A stretch of DNA of 64,000 bases from the NCBI GenBank assembly GCA_013239625.1, contig MU056000.1:8676970-8740969 (forward strand). Direction: 5' to 3'. Below the pieces are notes generated by a model. The model made no database searches and was not told the origin of the DNA. It worked only from the letters and a program-made list of their open reading frames with translations. Each line of letters opens with the position of its first letter. The stretch's first letter is position 1. The translations under genes and the position numbers were made by a program. Positions 51,957 to 64,000 of this stretch are shown piece by piece. The stretch is from Lama guanicoe (taxonomy: Eukaryota).

Positions 51957-52513
51957 TTTCTTTCCTGTTGTTTTCTTTTGTGTTTTATGAATTTTTTTAA
52001 CATTTTTTATTGATTTATAATCATTTTTAAATGTTGTGTCAAATTCCAGTGCAGAGCACAATTTTTCAGTTATACATGAATATATATATATATTCATTGT
52101 CACATTTTTTTCTCTGTGAGCTACCATAAGATCTTGTGTATATTTCCCTGTGCTATACAGTATAATCTTGTTTATCTATCCTACAATTTTGAAATCTTGT
52201 CTATCCCTTCCAATCCTCTGCCCCCTTGGCAACCACAAGTTTGTATTCTATGTCTGTGAGTCTATTTCTGTTTTGTATTTATGCTTTGTTTTTTTTTTTT
52301 AAACTCCACATATGAGTGTTCTCATATGGTTTTTTTCTTTCTCTTTCTGGCTTACTTCACTTAGAATGACATTCTGCAGCAGCATCCATGTTGCTGCAAA
52401 TGGCATTATGTTGTCGGTTTTTATGGCTGAGTACTATTCCATTGTATAAATATACCACCTCTTCTTTATCCAGTCATCTATTGATGGACATTTCTGCTGT
52501 CTCCATGTCTTGG
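51957..52513 (-). mobile_element. Young LINE-1 3' end (about 550 bp), camelid-type
   Basis: aacattttttattgatttataatcattttt...gagctaccataagatcttg...ggcaaccacaagtttgtattctatgtctgtgagtc...catccatgttgctgcaaatggcattat. Confidence 0.92.
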
Positions 52514-52609
52514 TTTCATATTTTCTCAACGTTTCCAATTTTCTTGAAATGTTTCTCTTTCATTTTCATTTGACATCCTATCTTTTGGGAGATACAAATG
52601 ATTTGCATT

Positions 52610-52918
52610 TATAAGGGGGCATCACAAGAGAAACTTATGATGATGGAAATGTTCATATCTTGACTGTGGTGGTGAATATGCAGATACAGTTTATAAAATT
52701 GAGCAGAACTAAATACACACACATATAACTGCAAGTAAAATCCAATAAGATCTGTGGATTGCTTCAGTATCAATATAATGGTTGTGATTTTATTTTATAG
52801 CTCTGCAAGATGTTACCTTTGGAGGAAACTGGTAAAAGACACAGGGGATTTCCCTGTATAGTTACTTACAACTTCATGTGAATCTACAATTATCTCAATA
52901 AAGAATTAAAGAAAAAAA
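52610..52918 (+). mobile_element. L1MD-type 3'UTR fragment
   Basis: gatggaaatgttc...tcttgactgtggtggtg...gcaagatgttacc...ttacaacttcatgtgaatctacaattatctcaataaa. Confidence 0.82.
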
Positions 52919-55699
52919 TCTTGCTTTTCTTTAACTGTAGCCACTCAGTTTACACATCCCTATGAATTGCATTCCTTTAGCAGATTAATAACCAGGTTAA
53001 ATACTTATATATACATTTGTAAGAGTATCTCATTTAAATAATGAAGTCATATTCAAAAGCCTATTCAGCTTTTAATTAAAAGCCATCTGTTAACTTCTGT
53101 GCTTTGAACAACCTGGAATCTAATAGGAATAGTTATGTATTTTATATATAGGATTAAATTAAGTTGAAAGAGCATTCTCATTTAGTGCTTTAATATTTAT
53201 TAAGAAGGAAAGCATTGCTAAGCTGTTTGATCAGTGCTAACAAGTTTTACCTTCTATAAAGGAAGTTGTATCAGATATGTTTAGTTTATAGCTTTTAATT
53301 TTCTTTTATTTGTATATTTTTCATAAGAACATCTGTGCTCAGTTAAACTCACTGGAGTGGTTTTCAAATGGAAAATATGATTGACTGTTTACATCTGGAA
53401 AAAAAATGATATCCTGTGGATGTGTTAGTCACCTACCTGTCTCTTATGAGCCCAGATCAGGGACTGAATTTACACTATGTAAAAATGATGCTCTCTTGAT
53501 CCTTAAAAACAAGTTAAGTGTATAACTCAACAACAGTTCTACATGCAATGCATTATAATTTTAAAGACCTTCTTTCTTCAGAATTATTTGTCACAACACA
53601 GGACAACTTTAGAAGTGAAGGAAATGAAAAAAATTAACTGGCCCAGTGCTTCCTTTCATTTTGTCTGTATAAAAGCAAGCCTGTTACCTTTCTCTGTAAG
53701 TGCGTACGCCTCTCCACCCCCAACACATGTCTCTTCCACAACGTTGACGTTCGTCATCTTTCTCAAATGCTAACTTTCCCTGTTTTAGTTACCCTTGGCC
53801 TATACCTTGACCTTCTGCTGCCTGTCTCAATAAATTCAGAACACCAGCATTTACCTGCAGCAAATGTGAGTGGTTCCCCCAGAAATATAGCCTCCAATAA
53901 AAACCAAAGCCAAAGGAGAGAGAAAGGTGAGGTCGAGTATAATTTTCTCATCACAGCCTCCCTTCGCTTTTTCGTTTTGGCCTTAGACACTCTGTTGACC
54001 TCTGTCTATTTTTATGGCTGGATTAATTCTGCTGTTTCAATGAGTCTGAATGTGCAGAATCATATGGTGGGGATGACCTTAAAAGTGCTAACCTCCAAAA
54101 AGATTATGTGAAGAAATGGTAAAAAAAAAAAAAAAATGAGACTCACAGACCAAGAAAATACCTTACAGATGGCTTTACTCAACTTTCTAACTTTATAAAG
54201 GGGAAGCTGGTGAAAGAACAGATGAATGATATTATGTTGGGCTGGTATCCCTCCAGTGTTGGCTGTCAAATCCTCTACGCCTTGCTTCAGCAGAACTGCA
54301 GACCCAAGGCCATCGATGTCCCCAAACGGGTGGCAGTATCAGAGGTCCTAGACCAAGCGCTGAATAACTCAAATTCAAATTAGAATTTCTAATGCTGAAG
54401 TTTTGTGTGTCCGTCTACCAGCAGCTGAGGGTTGGGGTTTTACCCTGTTGCCAGGTCCCTGCTTTGTGCTTTGCAACAGTCAGTGACCAGGTGACTTTCT
54501 CCCCTGCTACTGGAATCTTTCCTTTGTTTCCCTCTATGAGGTCCTTCAGATTTTGGTCCTGTCTTTCTCCCTTTTGGTCTTGCTCTTCTCACGAACTCCC
54601 TATGGCCTGTGAAGGACCCATAGTTCTCGTTTCCTTTGATGAAACATACTGCTTTCCCCGGACTCCTGGGTGTTGACAACCTAACTACTCTAAGAGCTTC
54701 TTCCCAGAAAGTCTTTCCACCTCTGTGGACCTGTATGGGGCCGGGACTGCCCTCCTGGATGGGGATGTAGCTAAGGGAATTCCACGAATATCTTATAGTC
54801 TGGGAACACTAATCTTGGAGAAATCTATCCTTGGGTTTAGCTATCTATCTAAAAGGTGTTTTCTATCCTGTCTAGCTTAACAGGTCCCCTTCTGCCCATC
54901 CCGGTCAAATTCAATCTCAAATTTCTATTTTGGGGATTGAGAGGGAGGAGCTGGGCATGAGAAAATCCAGTATGTGAAAGTAACACGTTCAAATGGAGAA
55001 AGACAATTAAAGCAATTGTTTGAAAAAGGACAGTTGTATTCTCCCGATGCCATTAACTGCCTTCTCTTACTCTTTTGCTTCCAGGAGTGCCTTAGTCATA
55101 TTCAGCTCCCAAAACTATTTTCCTGAAGCACGGTAACTGTGATAGTATTATTTTCTGGTTGCTGATCTTTGCTTTTTAAAATATCACACCATAGTTAGTA
55201 TTGCACAAGACACACAATAGGCACTTGAGAAGTAACTGCCCTTTCTAACTGAGTTCTATAGCATATAAATGAAAAAAACATAAACATGTTTTATTATCTC
55301 TCAAGCACCAGGCAAATGTAAAATATAAAACCTTCCTATTGCTGAACCACATAGACATAATACAAACCAAAGAATGTTACAAACTTGAAATGTAATTATT
55401 TTGGATATAGCAATTTTAATATCTACTGTGGCGGATGATTAACCAATATTTTCTGGTTTTTCCTTTATGCTTCATTTTAATCTGTAATTCTCACTAGTTA
55501 ATCAAAAGGCAAGGGGAAAACTTTGTAGGAAAATAGTGGTACCTAGTAGACAATGCAATCACTTTGTATTTTTTATTTAACAACTTACCAATCGGCAGAT
55601 ACATTTACATTGTTACAGAACATACTCTTATAGAACAAAATGTATTTATTTTATATATATATATAGTGTATTGATTTTTAACTCTTAAAAAATTTGCAT

Positions 55700-56010
55700 A
55701 ACTACAAGCACTAATGAGCAATGAGAATGTACTGCAACTGCACACACTAAGGTAGATAAATATTGTCAACTTGATGTTGAGCAAAAGGAGCTGAACACAA
55801 AAGTGAACATATTGTGCTATTCCATTAATGAGAAGGTCAAACGCACAGAAAACATACCCAGGGTCCTAGAGGTTAGGGTAGTGGTTGCCCTATGGGGGGA
55901 ACTAACGCCTGGAATTATGGTAATATTCTGTTTCTTGATCTGGTTGCGGGTTTCCTTGGTGCGTTTATTTTGTGAAAGTTTATTAAGCTCATGTAACTTA
56001 GACACAGATG
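55700..56010 (+). mobile_element. Old L1 (L1ME-like) 3' fragment
   Basis: atgttgagcaaaaggagc...tagaggttagggtagtggttgccc...ggtaatattctgtttcttgatctgg. Confidence 0.7.
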
Positions 56011-56641
56011 TCCTACTAGTTGTCTAGCTCGTTTAGCTTATGGTTTTCAAGCTGAATCCTGATTAATGGGAAGTGTGTGTTTTGATGAGCGTATACCAAA
56101 TAATTAGGGTGTATGTGAGTTATGTTTTAAGCTCTATTAGAACTAAAACAGGCTGGTTTCGTGCTTATTGGAAGCAAGCAGATTTGTCTGAATTCATGAA
56201 TCATTGTCGAAGCTGAGTGAATTGCCTTCAGCGAATACAGACAACCCTGTGATAGTCATAAATGTCTTCTTGGTTTGAGTGGGAGGCTGTGGATTGGAAT
56301 AGTGTCAGAAGCAGTCATTTGAGGTTAACAGAAACCACATTTGTGTTTCTCAAATATTGCTTGCCTTGCTGTGCCATATTTTCCCCCATAACTTAATTGA
56401 AAGATAATAACCATAATGTTATAATTAAAGGCCACACATACAGTAGCTGCTTGGTGTAAAAAACAACTTTGACACTTAATTACCTACCTAGAGCTGTAAT
56501 TACGTTAGAATCATGGCATAAATACTGTTTATAGAATGCCTCATGTGTCTCTTTGGATTATTGGGAAAAAGAAAAACAATTTTCCCCTTTTTTTAATGTC
56601 TTTTCTCCCTACCTGTCAAAAGTGGTAACTGAAATAAAAAA

Positions 56642-56662
56642 AGAGAGAGAGAGAGAGAGAGA
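56642..56662. repeat. (AG)10 microsatellite
   Basis: Directly visible run. Confidence 0.92.
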
Positions 56663-58449
56663 AAGACAAAAGGAAAATGTCTCTTAAAAAAACTTTACTT
56701 TTATGATTTTATACAAAAAATCAGTCAGCATAGCACCCAACAGCACTTCTGTTCCTTGAAACGCCTTTCAGTTTTAGAAAATGTGGCTTAGTGCTCATGA
56801 AAATGAAAGATTCAAAGCAATGACTAATACAAAATTTTTTTCCAGGCAGTTATTCTGTTACCATAGAAGAATATTGCCTAATGATTGAAAACATATATAT
56901 TGCAACTTTATAGGGAACCACTGTAAATTTTTTTATCTTTCAATGGACCTTAATCTCAACCCCCACCCCCACGCCTAAAGTAAGTAGTTGGCCATAAATA
57001 AGCTTTCAGAGTGCTGACAGAAAATATAACAGTGAGATTACCCTCAGTGACTGCTTTTCTCTAAAACTTTAAATAAAAATAAATTTCTCAGAAAGACTTT
57101 TCCTAATTCAAAACTTCATTACTCAGATTTCTATTGGCCAGTTACCTAGCATGTGAATGTAATGATTTAGGCATTTAGAGAATAGAAGTTCAGCAGGTTA
57201 ATTTTACTAGTGAAACTTGAGAGAGCAATAATAATATTTATTGAGAGAAACTGTAAGGCAGTGGTAAAAAATGGATGTATATAGCTGAGAGTATCCTTAA
57301 TTTTTACCCAAGTGGATAGAATAAATTCCTCATGTGATATCATTTATATTCTTTTTTGAGGGAAGATGGCTGATACAGAATTTGATTAAATAATAAATTA
57401 TATCAAAAAAGCTACCTAAATAAAAAGAATTCAGGCAGTGTATTCTACTTGTTAATTTTTTTGTATAAGAATTTAATCACATAAAAACATCAATTTGTTT
57501 ATATGTGTAAAAACACCCTAAATTGGTAACAATAATTTTTTCAGTCCTATGTATTTTTAATTAATTAATTAAATTGAAGTCCAGTCTTTACTGATCAGTT
57601 TCTATCTCGATGATGTGACTGCCAATCCCAGCTGCCAGCTGTGTGGCCCTTTAGAGCTCAGACCATTTTCCACACCTCAGGTGGCTCATCTATGAAATTA
57701 ATAAGAGTGTGGACCAAATTGTCTACAATGTTCTCTCTATTTCCAAAAGTCTAAGATGCCATTTCATTTTTTTCTTATTTTTAATCTGTTTTAACGGAAT
57801 GTGTCATTGACCACATGGCATGGCTTACACCATATTCTTCGACAGCAGAGAAAATGTGGAGTGTTTTCTCTGTCTGTTCATGTGATGTTTTAAAGGAGAG
57901 GCTGGATAGAAGAGTATGGGGTAGAAAGAAGTATACCGTATAACCAGTCCAGGTGAGTGGTATTTGTAATAATTCAACTCTCCTGCTATGTTGCTGCATC
58001 TGATTATCTCTCCTTTGCCTTCCAGCAAAAGCTACCACCTAGGAATAAGTGCACATATTACATATTAATATTGTATGTTTAAAACGATCATATTTTCAGT
58101 GTTTTCCTTTAACCAATTTAGCCTTTCTTAAAAAACAGCTTTATTGAAGTGTAAATCACATACAATAAATTATACTGTTTTAAATGTACAATTTGATAAG
58201 TTTGGGGTATGTTGACTTTCTGGATGGTGGTGATGATTTTACAGGTGTAACTGTTCAAAACTGGATCTCTTCTAGTCTGATCTGATTCAGTCTTCTTTCT
58301 ACTGTAACTGTTTGCCTCCTTGGTTCACTCAGTAAACTTAATCATATAAAGTTTATTAAGAAAAATATTCAATTTAACAAATCTGCATTGGGAATGTATA
58401 TAATCCATAGACAAGTCAGGGTTATCCATTTAAAGTTATTACATAATTA

Positions 58450-59320
58450 TCTATTCATTATTTGATTTACTCAACAGATATTTCTTTCATTATGAGCCAG
58501 GAGCCCTGCTCAACAACAGAATATTACTAAACGGAATGAGAAGAGGCTGTAGTCTCTCTGACCTTATAATTTAATTGGAGATACAGGATATATAGTTTAG
58601 TTGGCAACATAGTTTAACTGAAGATTGAAGCAATAGACTGGGAGATATGATGTAATAGATGTGCTTTCAGAATAACATGAGGGTCTTTTCCCAATTTTGT
58701 GGGAGGCTTCCTAGAGGAAATGATGTCTGAAAACAAGTGGGATCTATCCACTGAAAGGAGGCATATGTGTGCGTGTTCAGAGAAGAGGGGACTGAATTTA
58801 CAAGATCCCCAAGGAGAGACAGACTATGAAGCTCACAAGTAACTCAGCACATCAGGACCAGGGAGTTAAACGTTGACCAGAATTTGGAACACACTGCCCC
58901 TGGTGGATCATCTTAAAACACTTCATCTGGAAAAGACAAGATGAAGCTTTGGTTGTAATAAAATCCCAGTGATCATTTTGGGACTTGTGGCTTGACTCTA
59001 CATGTAATATGATATTAACTTAAATTAGATGATTGAAATTGTGAAGCAAACGAATTCAAGAAGTTATTTATGAGCTCAGTATGGTAGGACTTAAAACAGA
59101 GAAGACTGAAGAAGAGGGAAGGCTCTGGTGACGAATGAAAATCAAAGCCACTGCTCAGGTTTCTGGTTTATCCAAAGGGATAGATCATGATGTTACTAAT
59201 AGAATTAAGGCTTGTTGGGGAAGGTGAGGGTTTAGTTTGTTTGATCCGTTGTGTATTTGAGTTGACAGGTCTAGGGAATATTAGATGCTTGGGTTTAAAA
59301 CTCATAAAGCTGGATTGATG
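58450..59320 (+). mobile_element. Degenerate L2 fragments (strand tentative)
   Basis: attcattatttgatttactcaacagatattt, ggaggcttcctagaggaaatgatgtctga and caggtttctggttt. Confidence 0.5.
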
Positions 59321-59329
59321 ATTTCAGTC

Positions 59330-59745
59330 TTTCTTTTTATTGAGATGTAATTGACATACAACATTGTGTAGGTTTAAGGGGTACAATGTTTTGATTTGAT
59401 ACATTTATATGTGGCAATGTGATTACCACCATAGTGTGAGCTAACACCTCTGTCATAGCCCATAATTATCTTTTTTTTTTTTTTTGGTGGTGCCAACAAT
59501 TGAGATCCCACCTCTTAGCAACTTGGAAGTTATCCAAAACAGAATTGTTCATCATAATCACCATGTGAGCATTAGATCTCCAGAACTCATTTAACTACAG
59601 TTGAAAGTTTGCACGGTAAGCAACATCTCCCCAGTTCCGCACCTCCCAGGCCCTGGTAACCCCATTCCATTCCTCAGTTTCCACCAGTTTGGCTTTTTTA
59701 GTTTCCACGTACAAGTGATATCATTGCAGACTCTAGCTTTGTGCT
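59330..59745 (-). mobile_element. LINE-1 3'UTR fragment (L1MA9-like)
   Basis: tttttattgagatgtaattgacatacaacattgtgtaggtttaagg...cattagatctccagaactcatt...gccctggtaacc. Confidence 0.88.
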
Positions 59746-60805
59746 CTATGATCCAGGAGATGAAGCCTTGAGAATATCTTAAATTCAGAGTAAAATTTTC
59801 TACAGTTATACATTTTTTTTTTCTTTCACATGTGGTTCTGAATTTTCCAAATTCCACCTACTGCTTATATCGTTAAACAGAAATATCAAGTGTGAAATCC
59901 TTAAACTTTAAAACTTTCAATCTTAAAAATTTTGCTAATGGCCCTTGAATCTCTGTCCTGAATCTTTAGGAAAACAAAGAAAAGGTGTGTCATGGTTCAT
60001 TTTAAAAACAAAAAGTCTCATGCAGGAAATTAATTAAATTAACGTTAAAGTTGTGGTATCATACCAGGTAAATGTGATATTTTTCAGTCTGTAAAATAAA
60101 AAGCATAATCCGAATAGTACTATGTTTTCAGTTATATGCATGGTGACCTTTATGTATAAGATAAACAGAATTTTCCACACTTATTTATAGACTATAGGCA
60201 GTCATATTTTAATAGAAGGATTATTAATTTTCAAATAGCTTAATACTACAGATAATGAAATAGCTTTATAAATCATGGATATTGATCTGAGTAAGTCACT
60301 CTTCCAAGAGATTAAAAAGAAAAAATTGAATAAATAGTAGAACAAAACTAATGATTCAGTTTTTCATTTTTAGTGATGGAAAAGCCAGGCAATCAAACAA
60401 AGAGATACATTTTCAAACACATTTGTGAGTCTAAATATAACTTTACAATAAAATTAGATGCCAGAAAGGAATATAAAAAATAGATATTGATATAAGTGTT
60501 TATGTTCTTATGAATAAAGTTCTTTTATTATGACACTTAATTATTTTTATGTGAATATAAAACCCTGAGGTAGTGATAACCATTTTTCATGAAATAATCT
60601 GACAAAAACGTTCCCATGAAAAAGAGTAATCTTATTATATGATTTTCAACCTCATTTATGTCCTGGTTTTTACTGATTCTTTTATCTGTTAGTCTGTGTA
60701 AAGTGTTTAAATACTTATAATTTTGATCTTAGCTGCATTTGTCTGGTCCTTATTCTATGGTAAGGAGATATATTTCTTCTCCTTCCAAAATTCTGTAATG
60801 TTTTG

Positions 60806-61225
60806 TGTAAGTTACCTATCATTGAATAATAAATCACCCCCAAATATACTGGCATCAAACCATAAAAAGTTACTCTTTCACATATGTCTACATTGATTTG
60901 ATGGTTCCACTGACTGGGCTGGACTTGTCAGGCAACGTGGTCAGATTTTTGGGAGCTGGCTGATCTGGGGAGACCTGGGTTGGACCTACTTGACTCTGCT
61001 CAGCTTTACATGGTCCCCAGTAGTCCAGAAGTTCATCCCAGGACAGGTTTCTCATTGTGCGCAGATCTTCAGAAGGGACAGCAGAAGTGAGCATCTAAAA
61101 GCTAAGACAAGTCAAAGGGTCAGTCTAGATTCGATAAGAAATATTGCAAAGTCATGTTTCAAAGAATGAGAGGGTACAAAAAAGCTGGAGAATAGGGGCC
61201 ATTTTTTAACATCAGTCCTGACACA
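60806..61225 (-). mobile_element. Old MaLR LTR (MLT1H-like)
   Basis: tgtaagtta...aataaatcaccccaaa...ctgggctgg...gctggctgatct...ttgcaaagtcat...ggggccatttt...caca. Confidence 0.65.
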
Positions 61226-64000
61226 TATTGTATGCTTTATTTATTTGATTACAAATCATTCAGGAATTGAGAAGAGATTTTTTTTAAGACAGTTGCCATT
61301 GGTATTAAAGAAGACAATAAATCATTATTTTAGTATTCTCTTTATTGTTGATTCCTGTGGCTGGTTGCAACTTTACAATGTCTTTTAACTGTTTTTAATT
61401 AATTTTTATTTTTATATGTTGATATTCTATTTTTTTGAGCACCTGTGAAGTAATATATTTTACAGCACAAAGATGAAGTACCATCTACTTTACATTCAGT
61501 GAGTCCGCTTTATCAGGAAGACAGTAAAGATACAAGAAAATAAAACATCATGGTTTTCTGAAAACTGTGAAACATTCACTATGGAAATTGCAGGGAAGGA
61601 ACAGCTAAGCCTTCCTGTGGGAGTCTGGGGATGTTTTCTTTAGATGGAAAGGGTTGATCTCCAGCTGAAGAGATGAACAGGAGTTCATTACATAGAAGGG
61701 GAAGGTAGGACGGGCATGTGACATACAGACGATAAATCGGTACACCCAGCAGTCAGGAGGAGGGAGCTGAGACTGATGTCAGGAAGATGAAGGGCTTTGT
61801 AGACTCTCGTCACAAATATGAGCATATTTTATGAGAATCTGTAAAATCTGTGAATCCACAAGACATTCAAACTCTGATTTTTTTTTTATGTTTTGTGGAG
61901 TCCCAGATTCCTATTTATACCCAGAAAGCATATATTTTCCTACCCCAACATACCTCCACCAAGCTTTTATTCTCCCAAGTGTTTGCTAATTTGACTTTGA
62001 ACTCTAAGAAGGTGATTGAGTCATTTTTTCTTTTTTTTCATTTTCCCCCCTTTCCTTCCTTTGTCTTTTGAGTAATAGTACAATTTTGGCTAATAAGCTG
62101 TGGCTCCTCTCTCCCATCTGCCACAACCACCAGTCAAGCTGTGCAAAACAGGTCAGGGAACTCACTTACGACCTGTGACCTCCACTGCTTCGGTCTCTTG
62201 TGTCATGCTGCTGGCCAGAAGGCAGTTAAGAGCCTATCTGAATTTGGGTTTCAGAAATTAATCAGAGGCCATTTTAGGCCTATAAATGTAGTCCACAGTC
62301 CATAATTCAGTGTTAGTTCCATTAATAGATAGTGTTAATTTGCTTCCAATTTGAAATTTCTTTAGTGCAAATAGCTTTCAGAGTCTTTTGATGGAAGCAT
62401 ACTTGCACTAGGGCAGATCTGAGCCCTCCTGCTTCTGAGATATTACATCTACTCTCTCCTTCCACACCACCATTGCCCCAAACACACGTGAGTCAGCAGA
62501 ATTTTAGAGCGAGAAGAGATAAAATTCCTAGATTGTCAGCTCCCTGGTACCAGGGGTGGAGTCTTGTTTATTATTGTTGTTGTTACTGGGATTATTATTT
62601 TAGTTCTTGGTTTATTGTCCAGTCCACAGTTAGTGCTCAAAAAATGACTATCACATGAATATAGTTCAACTCTCCTATGTTGTCAAAAGGGAAACGTCAC
62701 TTAATGTAAAGGTCACCATTTTCCCATAATGTCATCTGTTGAGGATTAATTGCTATGTTTTTTTCCCAGATATTTTTTCCCAAGTTTATTTGTGACTTTA
62801 TACCTCTGTCCTCTACTATCACGAATAGTCTGATGTTCTAATGCTGGTCAGTGGTATCATTTAGGTCTCACGATTTTCCAAAGCTTTTGGTAATCCTTAA
62901 TGCATAAGGCGATATAACATAGTTTATTCATAGATATTTTCAGAATTAGGTTGTTTATTTTGGAGATCACAATACAGTCTCTCATTAAGTAAAGTAAATT
63001 AGCTCAATTGGTCTGAGTTGGTGGACCAGTGATCTCTTTCCTACCCTGATTCTACTAATTTTAGTAGAGAAGCTGATAATTGCTCCCCTTTTGTATTCTT
63101 TTTGTAGATAATCTGTAGCCTCCTGAAGTTCCAACCGTCTGCTTCTGCCTTTATTGATTTATTATCATTATTTTTTGGTAACATGTTACTCCTTTAATGC
63201 TGTTAACAGGACTGAAGTTTGGCCTTAAGAAACCTAATTTAGATGCTATGCTGAGTCTAACTTTCTAAGAATTTGAACTAGAAACCTTACAGTCTAGGCT
63301 AATTAACTTATGCTTGGTGTTGAACTTGAGTGATTGTTTGGATGAAAAGCCAGCGTGAACGATAGGGTATACTAAGCCACTGGGGGACAGAAAAGATGTA
63401 ACTCATTAGGAAATGTGTGTTTATGGAGACGTAGGAGAGTGCATTAGATGGCACAGCGAGAGCCAGAGATGAAAAGAGAGAGAGTTTCAGTTTCTAACTT
63501 TCAAACACCAGATCCAGGTACCTTGGGTGTGCATTTTTTCTATTTCCACAAATATTTAGAAGGTCATCTATGTGCCTTAACAAAATAAACTCCTATACCT
63601 ATATCAGCATGAATGTCTTTCTGTTACTGCAATTAAATGATAACAAACGCATTATAACTTTTGAAGCTTCAAGTCCACTATTAGAGATACCTTTTCTGAA
63701 AAGTATTCAAAAAATATTTTCATCTAACTTTCTTCCATTTTCTTTTGTAGCTGAGATTAGTACCACTAGAGATGACTTTCTTCAAGCCACTGTGTTTTCC
63801 AGTTCTTACTATGGTCGTTGGTTCCAAAGGGCACCTGTTCCATCAGACTTTGAAATATTGATAAGAAGCAGTGTCTAGCCAGTAAACCCCCCATGCATCA
63901 CTAGGAGAGTATTTGAAAGCTGGCTTCTTGCTCAGTTTTCTATTCTGCAAATGCATGTTGGCTTTAAAGGTCAAGAATGGCACCACAGGGATTTCTGATT

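Noticed and set aside
53767..54111. 114-aa ORF on the + strand
   Set aside because: No recognisable homology or exon context. The length is compatible with chance in 64 kb.
1..64000. Excess of minus-strand young L1s as evidence for an intron of a + strand gene
   Set aside because: The LTRs are mostly on the + strand, which points the other way, and the counts are small. A host gene and its direction cannot be inferred.

Overview
This is AT-rich mammalian (eutherian) genomic DNA, either intergenic or deep intronic. I recognise no protein-coding exon, RNA gene, CRISPR array or CpG island. The short ORFs in the track are chance ORFs or decayed LINE-1 ORF2 pieces. The window is a layered set of transposable elements: young and old LINE-1 fragments, HAL1/L1-ORF1-like remnants, L2, MIR, MaLR (MLT1) and ERV solo LTRs, MER20 and a Tigger2-type MITE. 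It also holds microsatellites and short tandem duplications. The young L1 3' ends, the MER41-like LTR, the Tigger2a-like element and the lack of Alu, B1, BovB/Bov-tA and PRE-1 suggest a non-ruminant, non-suid artiodactyl, most likely a camelid (inference). I found no convincing new biological system. The best-supported observations are retrotransposition signatures: a twin-primed inverted L1 with TSD, tiny L1 insertions with perfect TSDs, a TSD with reciprocal CpG decay, a possible short 3' transduction, and three L1s truncated at nearly the same ORF2 position. There is also a well-preserved solo LTR that I cannot assign to a family. Repeat family names are recalled from consensus sequences, not from a search, and boundaries of old elements are approximate.
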